A stretch of 64,000 nucleotides of DNA, from NCBI GenBank assembly GCA_021605095.1, contig BPLR01000781.1, positions 66,414 to 130,413 of the forward strand, read 5' to 3'. This document shows, piece by piece, positions 26,936 to 39,899 of this stretch. Position 1 is the first letter of the stretch, and the number at the start of each line of letters is the position of its first letter. The DNA comes from Caerostris extrusa. Its lineage: Eukaryota. Under the pieces are notes generated by a model, which saw only the letters and a list, made by a program, of their open reading frames with translations, was not told the origin of the DNA and ran no database searches. The translations under genes and the position numbers were made by a program.

Positions 26936-27172
26936 CTTAATCAGCTTCTTTCTTCCTAATTGAGGTTTACCATTTTCACCAATAGGATCCAGAATAACAC
27001 AGTACTGACGATTTGAAAGTGTAGTAATTTTGATGATTCCCATTACATCTTCATAAACACCAGGAATGTAAGTTTCAGTGTCTTTAAGTGTAATTAACCA
27101 CTCCTCTCCATTTTTTCTTGTTTTACCAAATTCATCAACAAATGTCTTCTTTGCTTTAACATGGACAGCTTC
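26936..27172 (-). CDS. MVP: MVP exon 5 ([79 protein letters not shown]). The 3' end is uncertain because no canonical GT donor is in phase.
   Basis: Matches MVP [79 protein letters not shown]; acceptor ttttatag. An in-frame junction to exon 6 needs the exon to end on AAG at 26936, which is followed by tt, not gt. Confidence 0.65.
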
Positions 27173-28493
27173 CTATAAAAAAAAAAAAATCATAACAGCA
27201 TAAAATATTTTTACATTTTCAACATAAGTTAAAAAACGGGAACAAATATAATTTTATATTTTAATAATTATTATGGTAGAGTTGACACTGACAAATCTGA
27301 GATATATTCTTTTTTAATGATGAATTACTTATGATATTTAAACTTCAATTTGAAAGAAACTGAAAGACAGCAAATTACAATTTTGCATCATAATTATATG
27401 AAATAATTCTGTAAAACTGTCTCAAAATGCTATTTTTTTTTTTTAACTAATTCAAATTTACTAAAAACCATTGATATAACAGAACTTATAATATTAGAAA
27501 ACCCTATATTTTATTGCTTGAAAGTATAAAAAAATAATAGTCTATCCTAAAAACATAAAATTTATATTATTCCATGTTTGAGGATGCAAAGGAAATAATA
27601 AAGCTTTTACTTTAAAATCCATTTATTTAGAAAAATATGAAAAATGCATTATACTTTGATACTTATTGAATTGTTTCAAAAGATTAATTACATTTCATTT
27701 ATTAAAAAAAAATTAAATTAGTGTAAAATTTATTTTACTTCAATAATTAAATGATTAAATTAATATTATAAAAGACAGCATCAAATATTTTATAAACATT
27801 CATTTATTTTTATTATTAAATTACTTCCTATACTAAAAATCAATAAGTAAAAATATTTTTTAACTTCTTAATGAATCAATTTTTTTGATAGTTCAGTTTC
27901 AGAACTTTTTTTTTTTATCAATATTTATTTTTTATTATACAAAATCTCAAGTACAAATTTATTATGTGGATTAAAATGAGAATCAGAACTATATTCTTCT
28001 GATTCATCACCAGATCTTTACTTATGCTTATTTAAAAACATAATGGAAAACAAATGTAAGTGGTAATAAGTAATAAATAACATGCAGTCCTTGCCAATTT
28101 TTGGGAACTGAAGAAAATCAAGTTAAATGCCAGTAAAATATGAAATAGTAATATAATGACTACTGCCAGAAGTACAATATCGTGAGTGAACTCATGTTGG
28201 CCTCAGAATAATCCAAGGTATACCAAAATACTTATTTCAGTCCAGAATTAAAATTATTGTTCATACTAGTTAACTAGTAATGTATGTGTGAGAATATATT
28301 TTGTATATTCATGTTAGTCAACTAGTAATGCATTTATTTGTTTAGCAAAAATACAATATCAGATAAAAAAAAATAAGTAGAATGATTTGTTAAGGAATAT
28401 ACAAAATTTTGAAAAGCATATTTTTTTTAAATTTGAAATACACATTTTACATTTTCAACTTAACCAGCATAAAATTTATTTAAAACAACTTAC

Positions 28494-28720
28494 TTTATCA
28501 GTCAACACATAAGCATTGACTACATCCATTATTTCTTCATAAGCTCCAGGTAAATAAGCCCCTGTTTTTTTCACAATCCATTCTTCTCCAGTCACTCTGT
28601 CCTTTCCATCTCTATCTTTAGTTTCAGCTTTGGCACTTAACTTAAGAGCTTGGTTCGGATTAATTACAGTAGCCAAAATTGTTTCCACAACCTCTACTTC
28701 TTTACGAGGAATAAAAGTAG
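28494..28720 (-). CDS. MVP: MVP exon 4 ([76 protein letters not shown]).
   Basis: Matches the MVP repeat region [76 protein letters not shown]; acceptor tttcag; donor GTAAGTTG. Confidence 0.9.
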
Positions 28721-28989
28721 CTGAAACAGAAAAAAAAATTTATAATAATTATAAATAACAATATCTATAAATAAATTTCTTTTGTTTTAAAAAGTTGCAT
28801 GTTATAGGCATGAATAACTTTATGGAAGAATCAGTATTGCTATTAAATCTAACAGTTAGGAAAAACCTTTTATGTAAATCCTAAGTTTTAAAATTTTACT
28901 TTATATTATCTATATATTACAAAAAATAATTTATTAAACAACAATGCAAATAAATTTCGTGAGTATGCATACTTAATAATTTAACATAC

Positions 28990-29110
28990 CTGGACCTTCA
29001 AATAACCATTCATCACCAGCAGTTCGTTTAACCTCGCCATCTTCAAAGTCTCGAACTGCTTTAAGCCTGAGAGCACAATTAGATGAAACAACTGTCAAGG
29101 GAGTAATATC
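28990..29110 (-). CDS. MVP: MVP exon 3 ([41 protein letters not shown]).
   Basis: Matches [45 protein letters not shown]; acceptor tgaatttcag; donor GTATGTT. Confidence 0.9.
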
Positions 29111-30270
29111 CTGAAATTCAAATAGTTAAGTAAATGAATGAATAATGAAAATCACATAACATTTCTAAACATTTTTGTATCTTCCAAATCCTTTAGCTTG
29201 CTAAAAATAAAACATATGATAAATAATTTATTTTCTGATGAATGCAAATTATTCCTTGTACTTTAAAAACAACTACATATACTCACATGAACATTCTTGA
29301 TTTAACATGCATATAAATCATGAATTAAAAAAAAAAAAAAGTATTTGCCACATTGTTCAAGTAAATGTACTTTTATGTCAATTTGCAATTTTTATATGGA
29401 ACAATTTTTTTTTAAAAATATATAAAACCAAAATTTCTGATATGAAATTTGAACCCTATTATATTGTAAGATTTATTGAATGACAGAAAACCATCAAGAT
29501 ATCTAATTTTTAATAGTTTTTCACATCCAGCTTCTTGATTGTTTCTAGATATTCATCTGATTTGAGAATTTATTTACGGTAAGAAAACATTTTTTCCCCT
29601 TCTTTTTTGCAATGAATCAAGTATTTTATATTTTTACTAGAAACAATTAAAAATATTTAGAGTTGAAAAAAATTTTTTTTAATTATATTTATAAATTAAT
29701 TATGTACTTTGCCATCTGGATTATTTTAATTAACAGACATATAACATAAGGCATAAGGAGCAAAAATCTATTCATAGATTATATTAAAGGGAGGGGAAAT
29801 AAAATTAAATTATATTTTTCTTTTCTAGATAACAGATAAGATATGTTTCTTTATACTAAAATTATAACAAAGTAGCAAAGAATTTTTTTTGTTATCAAAT
29901 ATACTATAACATAATACATATTTTTATATTACAGAAAAGCTCTTTACAATATACTTCAAAAATTAACTAAGCAAACTTTTCATATTAAACATTCTTGAAC
30001 AGCTTGAAATCTGAAATCTTGAACAAATAATTTGATTATATTTATTTTTTTTTACTGACATTAACATTCAATGGATAATAATTCATATATTGTTAATTAA
30101 ATCAGCTGAAACTCTCAACTTAAAAATTACAAAAAGGAAAGAAATTTTGGAAAATTTAAATAATCAAAATTATTTGAAGGATTAAAAGAATGATTCAAAA
30201 ATAACCATTCACATTTTATTAAAAATATCTATTATATGGTTAATTTAATATGTGCAAAAATAATACATAC

Positions 30271-30466
30271 TGTATCAATAATTTCACCAGGATATAAAGG
30301 AAATGGATCTTGCTCTAATCTAACTTCCAAATCACCATGCTTCAATTTAATTTGACCAATTTTATCATACACTAAAGCACTTTCTTCATTTTTTACTACT
30401 GGATTACGAATAACACAATAATGACATGGAGGAATGATAACCATATCCTGTGGTCCATGGATGACG
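30271..30466 (-). CDS. MVP: MVP exon 2 ([66 protein letters not shown]).
   Basis: Matches MVP ..VTVPPRHYCTVANPV....[30 protein letters not shown]; acceptor tttttatag; donor GTATGT. Confidence 0.9.
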
Positions 30467-30633
30467 CTATAAAAATATCCCAATAATATTATAAAAAAAT
30501 TAAAACAATTTCTTAATTTTTTTATGAACTTGCAATAATTAATTGTGGTTAACAATAAATAATATATTCCCACTATACATAATATATATAAAAATAAGAA
30601 AAAGATTAATAATATTAGTGCAAATAAAAATAC

Positions 30634-30785
30634 CAGCCATTTTCTTGACGAATATAAGTTTTTGGTCCAACTTCAACTCTGGTAATATTAGAAGTCTGAT
30701 CCAAAACATGCATATATTTATAGGGCGGTATGCGAAAGATGCTTTGCTCCTTCGAGCTCCTGTCCGATTCTTTAATTGGTGCCAT
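30634..30785 (-). CDS. MVP: MVP coding exon 1. ATG at 30785: [50 protein letters not shown].
   Basis: Matches the MVP N-terminus (..[34 protein letters not shown]). The ATG lies 2 nt after an acceptor (T24 tract plus gcag), implying an upstream 5'UTR exon; donor GTATTT. Confidence 0.85.
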
Positions 30786-32605
30786 ATCTGCAAAAAAAAA
30801 AAAAAAAAAAAAAAAGTTCTATCAGTAAAAATCATACTTCTAGACAAAATATACTTCCATGTGACAAAAAAAAACTTCCAACATAATTTACAAAAATCCA
30901 TGCAGTAGTTAGGAGGATAGGAGTTAAAAAGATTTATCCCTTCTAATAAATTGATACAAAGTAATTTTTATAAATTACTTTAATAAATTCTGTAATTTTT
31001 TAAAAAAATACAGAATTTATTTTTTATAAATTCTGTATTTTTTTTTTAGACTAAGTAGTTATTACATAATATTATAATTTATTTAATAATGAATATTGAA
31101 AAAGTTGCAATATTGTAATTTATAATACAAATATAAAATGTACACCTCTAAAACATTTTTAAAAATAATGATTAGATAGTTTATGTAATTCTTTAAATAA
31201 CTACTCCTTTTGTAAATTATTTCTAAAGACAAATGAAAATTAGAATTAGCTTTTTTTTTTAAATATGCAAGTTGATTTCTTTTCCAATTTTAAAAAATAA
31301 AGCAAAGCAGGCAACGTTACTAAAGACACAAAATGTATAAAATTTGAGCCTTAATTACTAATTTATAAAGACTAAAAAATATATCTCTCAAAACATAAAA
31401 CCTTCATTAAATAAAATTAGATATTCAAGAGCAGAATATTTAGTTCTATTAAATAGCCAACATGAAAATGAAAGATTTTTTCTTTTTAAAATTTAAAAAT
31501 AAAAAAAAAGATAGCCTTATAAAATATATCTTAATATCTTGGCTTATAAATTACATGATTTAACAAGAAAAACATGAAATTTTTTTTTTTTTTTGAAAAA
31601 CAGCATATGATAGGCTGGTGTTCAGGAATAAGCACTAAACTATAATAATTGCTCATAAACTCTTCTTCATCAATTATAAATGCATTGAAACAAATTTTGA
31701 ATAATATGAGGGCACTATAAAAATTAAAAGTAACAATATTGTATATTGAATCAATTTATAACTCTTAATAAAAAAAATATAAAGAAACTAAAATTAAAAA
31801 TTTATACTTCTATTCTTGTTTACAACAGCATGAAAATTTTGAATGGCAGTCTGAATTTAATAATTAATCATCAATAACTGTAGAAGTTTCAAAGAAAGAC
31901 AACTTAATCAGAAGAAAAATACAAAGATAATCAGAAGACAGTTTTACATGACCATTTTTGTGGGATTAATAAATGATTTTCAGCAAATTGTTTTTTCCTT
32001 TATGAAGCTTGTTGATAAAAATGTTTTGAATATTTCTTACGAAGGCATAATCCGATTCAAACTTATTTTAAATAGTAGCAAAGCATAGTGAACTTGGATC
32101 ACTGTGAAAATTTGTTCTTCCTTGCTTTTAAATTATAAAAGTATATTGAATAAATATATAATAAAAGTATATTGAAATAAGTTTGCTTTTGTTAAAAATG
32201 TAACAGTACTTCTGCAATTATTAATTTCATTATGCCATTATTATCGTTTATTTTTTTAACATTTTGATTTAATGTGTTTACTTAATGAATATTAATTTTT
32301 TTTCATAATTTGACTTCTACACTTTTATTTGTCTATTAAATATTATATAAATCAATGTCTTTTTAAAATTGTTTAGTTTAGATATAATTAAACTTAATAT
32401 CTATGTAAAGTTTAATTAACATTCTAGAAACTGAATTCTACTGAAATTTTGATAAACTTGATAGCATTTAATGCTTAGAAGAATGATTTATTTTGCAAAT
32501 ATAAATAATTTTTCTGAATTTTAATTTTTAAACATCTTTTGTATGCGTGTTCGTAATTATTATTATTACTTATTTATTTATTACTATTTTTTTTTTTTGT
32601 ATGGT

Positions 32606-32640
<35 letters not shown>

Positions 32641-33829
32641 TTTCTGTAGTTAATAACTTGTATAACTTTACCAAAATAATTGAAAAGAGTAGTATACCTT
32701 TATAATTATTTAATAAGTAATTTTAAGATGATTTTTTTAAATACTTAGCTATGAATGCATGAAATATTTCAATAGATTGTTACACCTTTATTCATAAATT
32801 TCACTTTGACAGATAAAATTTTTAATCATCTGTATGTATTCTTATCTTCTTTGAATGAAGACTTGTAGATGATTAAATTTTGTTGTTCTTTGAATGAGCA
32901 CACTTATCACTTTCAAACAAAAATATCTCTCTGTAACTGATAATAATATTGCATTATCTTAAAAATAAATCAATATTCCATTAAAGTTGTTTTAGAGCAG
33001 TTATTTTATCTATATCATATTGTGTTAACGCCTACAAGATTTAATTTACGCCTACATGATTTAATGGTTTTTAAAACAATTTTAATTGTAATTATAATTA
33101 AAAAAGGATTATAAATAAAATAATAATTATGTTTTTAAACAAGATTACCTTTAATAATATTATTAAAATAATAATAAAAATTTTATTCAAAACTGAATAA
33201 AAGTATTTTAGTGCAAGAGGTTTGAATTTCAGTGATCATATCTGGAATCTAACCTAATTATATAACAATTTCCCCCTATGGCAATCTAAAATAACTTACA
33301 AAAAGAAAGATTATATTTTTAGAAATTAATTATTTTCTATAACATGATAAATAAAAATATTCATTTGACACCTTCCTAAAACAATAAACTATTTGGGGAA
33401 GAAGAGGTATGGGAAAATGCTAATCCATAATCTGAAGTTCGGATAAATATAACAAACACATAATATGCCAGATTCTAAATTATTTTTTTTAATAAAATTA
33501 GACAACTATAACTTTATATCTTTGCGCATTTTTTTTTTTTTATCATGAACAAAAATAAATAAATTTGCACTTTATTTTTCAAGATTAGAAGTACGAAATA
33601 ATTTTTCTTACTTAGGAATTTTATTTTTTTCCCCACCATGGGGAATAAATAAACTAGTTTAAAAAGTTAAGCAACAAACTAAAAACTAATTATAACTTGC
33701 AAAGTTCTGAAGCTAATTGGACGAAACTTGGTGAAAATATGCAACTTAAACATACCAGAAAATTCTGAATATAGAATTTATATTTTGTGATTTCAACAGG
33801 AATATAAAATGACCTAAATTCAAACAAAA

Positions 33830-34500
33830 AAATTTGCCAATAGTGAGTATGGTCCTCTTGAACAATAATACGGGCCTCACAGAGATGTCTTAAGCTGTTT
33901 ATAATGTAGTCCATGAGGTGCATGGCATCACTCCTCTCAAAAGTACCCTACACATGCTCAATGGGATTAAGGTTGGGACAGTCCCAATAGAATGGCCCCA
34001 TTGGTAAATGAGGTGAGCACTGTGAGGAACAGACATCATCTGCTCGCAAAATAAGGATATTACCAACAGAGGCAGCATACGAATGAACAATAAGATCTAG
34101 GATGTTGTCTCTATATCTTTGAGTATTGACAGACCTTGGCAACACATAGGTCTGTGCAGTCACCTAACTCCTTATGTTAGCCTTCCACACTTTTCTTCCT
34201 ATTACACATTACTTCCTTCATAGATGCCACTTTCTCACATGTTAGACAGAAGATACATCAAGTGATTCTCTCCATATGTAAACACATTGAGAATCACAAA
34301 ACAAAGCGTGGGTCTTGCCAGTGAATAGAACACCTACCCACTGATTTTCAGTTCAATTTACATAATTATGTGCCCAATGTTTCCTGATGTGGCAAGAAGA
34401 AAGTGGGACATACAATACTAGTCACCTAACATACATAGCTCTTTCATGCAGCCCTTCTGTGTACTACCCTTCCTATAACAGAGATAAGAGCAAATCTAAG
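33830..34500 (-). mobile_element. Tc1/mariner-family transposase remnant.
   Basis: Minus-strand ORF 33948-34163: ..GNILILRADDV....LPMGPFYWDCPNLNPIEHV, resembling FQQDNA...LPWPARSPDLNPIEHVW; fragmented by frameshifts. Confidence 0.55.
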
Positions 34501-36519
34501 CAGTGATGAAGTTGAAGTACTGTTACACCATGCACTTCCTCAAAAGTACTGTTATCTGAGGAAGTTTCACTTCCGCAGGTCTTTGAAAAATTTAACAGCA
34601 ATTAGAAACTAGTTCTACAACCAATTTGCAACAGAACGGTCAACATTTAGTCATATTGCAATGTTGATGCTTCAAATTGACCTATAGCTCTTAAACACCA
34701 TTCATTTGCCTCCAACTCATTTTTACATTTTGGCCATAATGAAATTGATTGATATATCACTATTCCTTGAATAGCAACTCCCTCCCTAACCAGCTAGTTT
34801 TAAGCTATATCAAATTTATGTAAAACAATGGCAGTGCTTTTTATATTGTTATTTAATCAGCTTACTATTATTTGTAATATAACAAAATTTTAAGAATTAT
34901 AAAATACTTTTAGCCAATTTAAAATAATTTTTCAATTAGTTGCTTAACTTTTTGAATCCAATGTAGTTTAAATTGGCAATTGTAGAATTTATAATTAATT
35001 GTTGAAATACTTTTTAAAAATTACACATGCAGTTCAAAAAAGTAAACTAGCATATAGCAAACACTTTTTAAAAATGACAAATATCAAAATAATGAATTTA
35101 AATAGTAACTTCATTATAAAATTATTAAAAATTCTACATTAAAAGAAATATTATATTTACACGCTGCATAATATTTTACAAATTCAATTATGTACATAAA
35201 ACATTAATAAACTACTCTAAATATAGAAATTTTTTCATCCTAAATGTGCCTTTTTATGAGTTACAATAACATCACAAAATTTAATAAAACTTCAGTCAAT
35301 TCATACAATGTTAATAGGAAATATAGACTTACCATGGCATAGAATACTGTTCCAAAATTCAAAAGAAATATAGTAAGAATTTCTCTTTCAATGACATAAA
35401 TACATATACAATATGTATGAAAAAGAATTAAGATATAATTTGCTGCTTATAATGACTATAATTCAAAAGTATAATTTGCAGAATCATTAAGTTGCTTAAT
35501 GCATTGCAATTATTCGTTTTTTAAAAAATTGTAATAACTATAGACAATATTCAATATTTAAAGGAAGATCTCACATAAAACAAACATTTGCAAATCTAAT
35601 CAAAGGAATTAGAACATAGTAATTATACATAACTAAAAAAAAAAATTATAATCCATAAATAACTTTGTACGAACAAACAAAATGTATAATTTTAAAACTG
35701 TTCCTTTGTAGATAATGAATAGATAGGCTGTTTAAAAAAGATAAAATGGATAGGCTGTTTAAAAAGAAAGCAAAACAGTTTAACCAAAAATTGCTATATA
35801 ACAATATTTTGCATTTTATGTGCAAATTTCAGTTGATTGGGATTTTTTAAAAGTTAATTAAAAATATTAATAAAAGATAAACATAATTATATAAATATAT
35901 CTTATTAATATTTTTAATATACATAAAAATAACTCTCTTTATATATATATATAGAGAGAGAGAGATTTTAAATACTTTTGGAAATTTTCCCATATATATT
36001 TATTTGTAAATATGAAAAAAAAATTCATTTTTTATAAATACTACTTTTAAAATTCGTAAAATTGTGATTAGCTACATAATTTTTCAATAAAATTTATATG
36101 TTTGTTATTTTTATTATTATATATGTATTCATACAAAAGATTATTTAAATATGAACTTAATCTCTAAAGTAAATAAAATGTAAAAGAATATTACTTTCAG
36201 ATGAGGAGGCAAGAGGTGGCCAATCAACGTTATATAAATCCAGAATTTTATGAAAATGACTATTGCAGTACAATTAAAATATTACAATACTGCATAAAAT
36301 CCTAATCATATAATGATTACACTTGATCAGCCGGTATTGCACCAAATTACCGGCAGTCATGCAATCAAGTGACGCCCTATGTTTTCAAAGAAATACCAAT
36401 GATTTGACTTGACTTGACTTGCTTGTTAATGTTTCGATTTGTTTTATTTGGTTGTGAACAAAAATTTCTAACAATCTTCTGACGGTTTTTTTTTTTTCCC
36501 CTTAGTGCAAAGAAATTAA

Positions 36520-38380
36520 ATACCAAAAATATCCCAAAATTCCTCCACTGGTTGGATCCTCAGGTCTTATATTCTCATCTTCTGATAAAGCGAACTCTTT
36601 TGCTGAAAACCTTGAACTCTCCTTTCAAGAAAACACTGAACCTTGCGATTACTCACAAATTGAGCATGTTGAAGATACAGTAACTTCCTTTCTAGCTGAT
36701 TCATCAAAATTATCATAACAATATTTTTTTTCTCCATCTGACATAATTAACTTAATCAAGAATCTCAACATTCGGAAATATTCTGGACCTGACAACATTC
36801 CAAATAAAGCCTTAACGTGTCTCCCCTTAATGCCATTACTCATCTTGCAAAAAAATCTACAACAGCTGTACAAAATATCACTACTTCCCTCATATCTGGA
36901 AAAAAAGCAAATATTATCATGTTCCCTAAACCTTGCAAAGATAGAAAATTTCCTTAAAATTATCGGCCCATCAGTCTCCTTAGCTGTGTAGGAAAACATT
37001 ACGAAAAACTCTTAGTGAAACATATTACTTCTTTTTGCGATAAAAAGTTCATACTTCCAGAAAAGAATTTGGATTCTGTCAACATCACTCAACTTGTCAT
37101 CAACTTCTACGTGTCACCAATATCATCACTGAAGGATATAACTATAAATTTTTTACAGGAGGTGTCTTTCTAGATGTCAAAAAGCTTTCGATCGACTGTG
37201 GCACAATGGACTGATCTACAAAATGATCAAACTTCAATTTCCAACTTGGATCACACTTATCATTACAAATTATCTTATAGAACCTTTCAAGTTCGACTTC
37301 ATAATGAATTCTCCAAAAATCGGTCGCATTAGTGCTGATACACCTCAAGGAAGCGTAATAAGTCCTATTCTTTACAATATCTTTACCTACGAGTTTCCTC
37401 AATGCACTAACATTTCCACTTGCCTAATTGCTGACGATTCTGCTGCTCTTGTCCAAGGTGCTTCTATTCTTTATGTCATCAATACTCTTCAAAATTTTCC
37501 TAATATCCTAGAGGATGGGCTAACTAAATGGCGCATCGCAATTAACGTCTCTAAATCTCAAGCTATCTTTTTCTGAAAAGGACACGCCAGACAATCATAT
37601 ATTAATCTCTCCCTTTTGATCAACAAATTGAATGGGCAACTAATATTAAATATCTCGGCTTAATTATAGACAATAAACTTACGTTTCGAGCTCATATTCA
37701 AAAATCAAAGAAAAATTTTGGAACAAATTTTATCTCACTCTACCACTCATTAATAAATTTTCTAAATTAACTTTGTGAAACAAACTTCTTCTACAAACAA
37801 ATTCTTAGGCCTATCGTTACCTATGCTGCTCCAATCTGGGGTCTAGCTGCACAATCTAACAAGAAATCTGTACAAATTATTCAAAACAAACTTCTTCGTA
37901 TTATCACTGGTGCACCCTGGTTTGTCCGCAACTATACAATTCATCAAGATTTAAAAATTGATTCTATTGACAACTATATTACTAAACTTTCTAGAAATTT
38001 CTTCAATACCATTGCTACTCACGAAAACCCTCTCATCAAGGCACAAACTATATTTGCGCAATTGAATGGAAAATACAAGTATCCTTTCTCTTCTTCTAAA
38101 TGGAATCGAAGCCTCAAAACCACCATAATTTCCTACTCGCTTATCGCTTTTAGATATTTTACTTCAACGCATATTTACTGATCATAAATTTCTTGTTACG
38201 TTTCCATCACCGATGATTTACATTTTTCTTACTTTCTTTTTTTTTTTCTCTCAAATCATACGATTACTATTATCTATTTATCATGACTTTTCTTTCCTAC
38301 TGCTTTCACATACCATTGAGTAGATAAACGCTTCATGTTCAGGCACTCGACGTCTTTATTCAACAATGATGAAGAAATTG
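36520..38380 (+). mobile_element. Degraded non-LTR (LINE) retrotransposon fragment, copy B. Same 5' boundary and orientation as copy A; single copy of the 275-bp segment.
   Basis: RT motifs better preserved here: GVFLDVKKAFDRLWHNGLIYKMIKLQFP, ADTPQGSVISPILYNIFTYEFPQCTNISTCLIADDSAALVQGASILYVINTLQNFPNILEDGLTKWRIAINVSKSQAIFF (the F/YADD box); collinear with 9.4-11.6 kb. Confidence 0.8.
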
Positions 38381-39899
38381 AAGAGAAAATTCTAATAAAA
38401 AATTTTTCTGAATAAAATTTCTTCCTCCTCCTTTATTTATTTTTGCTGTTTCTCATGTGAAATGCTACTATTATTTTAAAAGTAGCACATATGGCACATT
38501 AAAAGCACTGCTTGTCAATCGAAGCATGCCTACAATACATGATTAAATGATTGAGGATTCGGGGCTGCTGTCCAGTAGATCGCGTAACATCGGCAGCTTA
38601 TCCTTTTCCCAGTTTCCTAATTTCCAAGCAAATACGTCTAACAGAAGCCTTTCATAGATATCATTTTTATTCCTATTTTTGACCAATGTGTATCTTTTAG
38701 ACCTTGCAAAAAATATTTGTGCTATAGCTGTTATACTAACCATTTCTTATACAAGTAAGTTTAATAGACCTAATTTCCTAATCCTTTTACATCAACATTC
38801 AATGCATCCCGTAGCGTTTAATTTAATGTTTATTGCCAATATTTTGGTTTGGGTTTATTTAATTTGTTAATTAGAGAAGCAAATATGTAATTCATGTAAA
38901 AATTGAGGGGGGTGGAAGTGTGGCCTCTTAAATGTAATATTAGAACGTGAGCATTAACAAAATTGTCTAAGTTAAATTTTTAAATATCAGCATTTGCAGA
39001 CGAAGAAAACCGGATAAAAGACGAGTATGAAGTGAGTATTTGTTTATCTGTTTTCGAAGCTGATGGCCCTGGGTACTGAAACGAGTAAGCAGTGAAGGGG
39101 AGAGACTTCGAAAACCGCAAAAAAAGGGGAAGAGAAGAGTGCAGTCTTTGCGAAAAAAAAAGGTGAGGAAATTATTAGAGGAAAATTCCTAAAAACAGGA
39201 CCATAAGATCATGAAACTCCCGTATTTACTAGATCAAAAAATTGCGAAGGTAAAAGGCAATGAAATGGAGTCAAATATCACAAACAGACTAAAAGTTTGT
39301 AGACTACGTTTTCTACCTCGGAGCCTGGATTCGTTTGGCGCTTTCTTTAGAAAAGAAATAACAGGTCTATGCTGCTCACTAACCTCATGCGAATGTCTTA
39401 TCTTTTTTGATGCTGCTTTATCTTAATTTATCCAAATATTGTTAAACCTAAATAATGTCTAGTTATCCTTAATTAACTAAACTTTTCTGTAATATATTTT
39501 TATTCACATTTTTGTTTGATTTATTTTCATTATATTTTTCATGCTTATTCTATAACATTTTTTATATACTACTTCTTCAGAAATATTTGTAGTTTATTTA
39601 AATGCAGCTTTTATTCAACTGAAGGAAAACTAGGAATATCTCATTTATGAAAAAAGTGTTCATAGTGACAGAGGTTTCAGAGGTTCATATTTGTATCTCC
39701 ATTCTCCCTCATGCTCAATCTCTTTTGACTGTATAATCACTAATTATCAAACTTAAAAAAAATAAAATAAAATAAAACACACACATATATATATATTCAT
39801 TAAAAGACTTTAGTATAGAAATGTATTAATTTAATTTTCAATACAAAAATAATTTCTTATATAACTGTTACATTTTTTAAATTTATAAAATTTTACACT

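Noticed and set aside
30539-30908. ORFs 30539-30901 (-) and 30543-30908 (+) around the MVP start
   Set aside because: Wrong frames or antisense relative to the well-supported MVP exon 1 (30634-30785). They contain the A/T homopolymer translated as poly-K/F.
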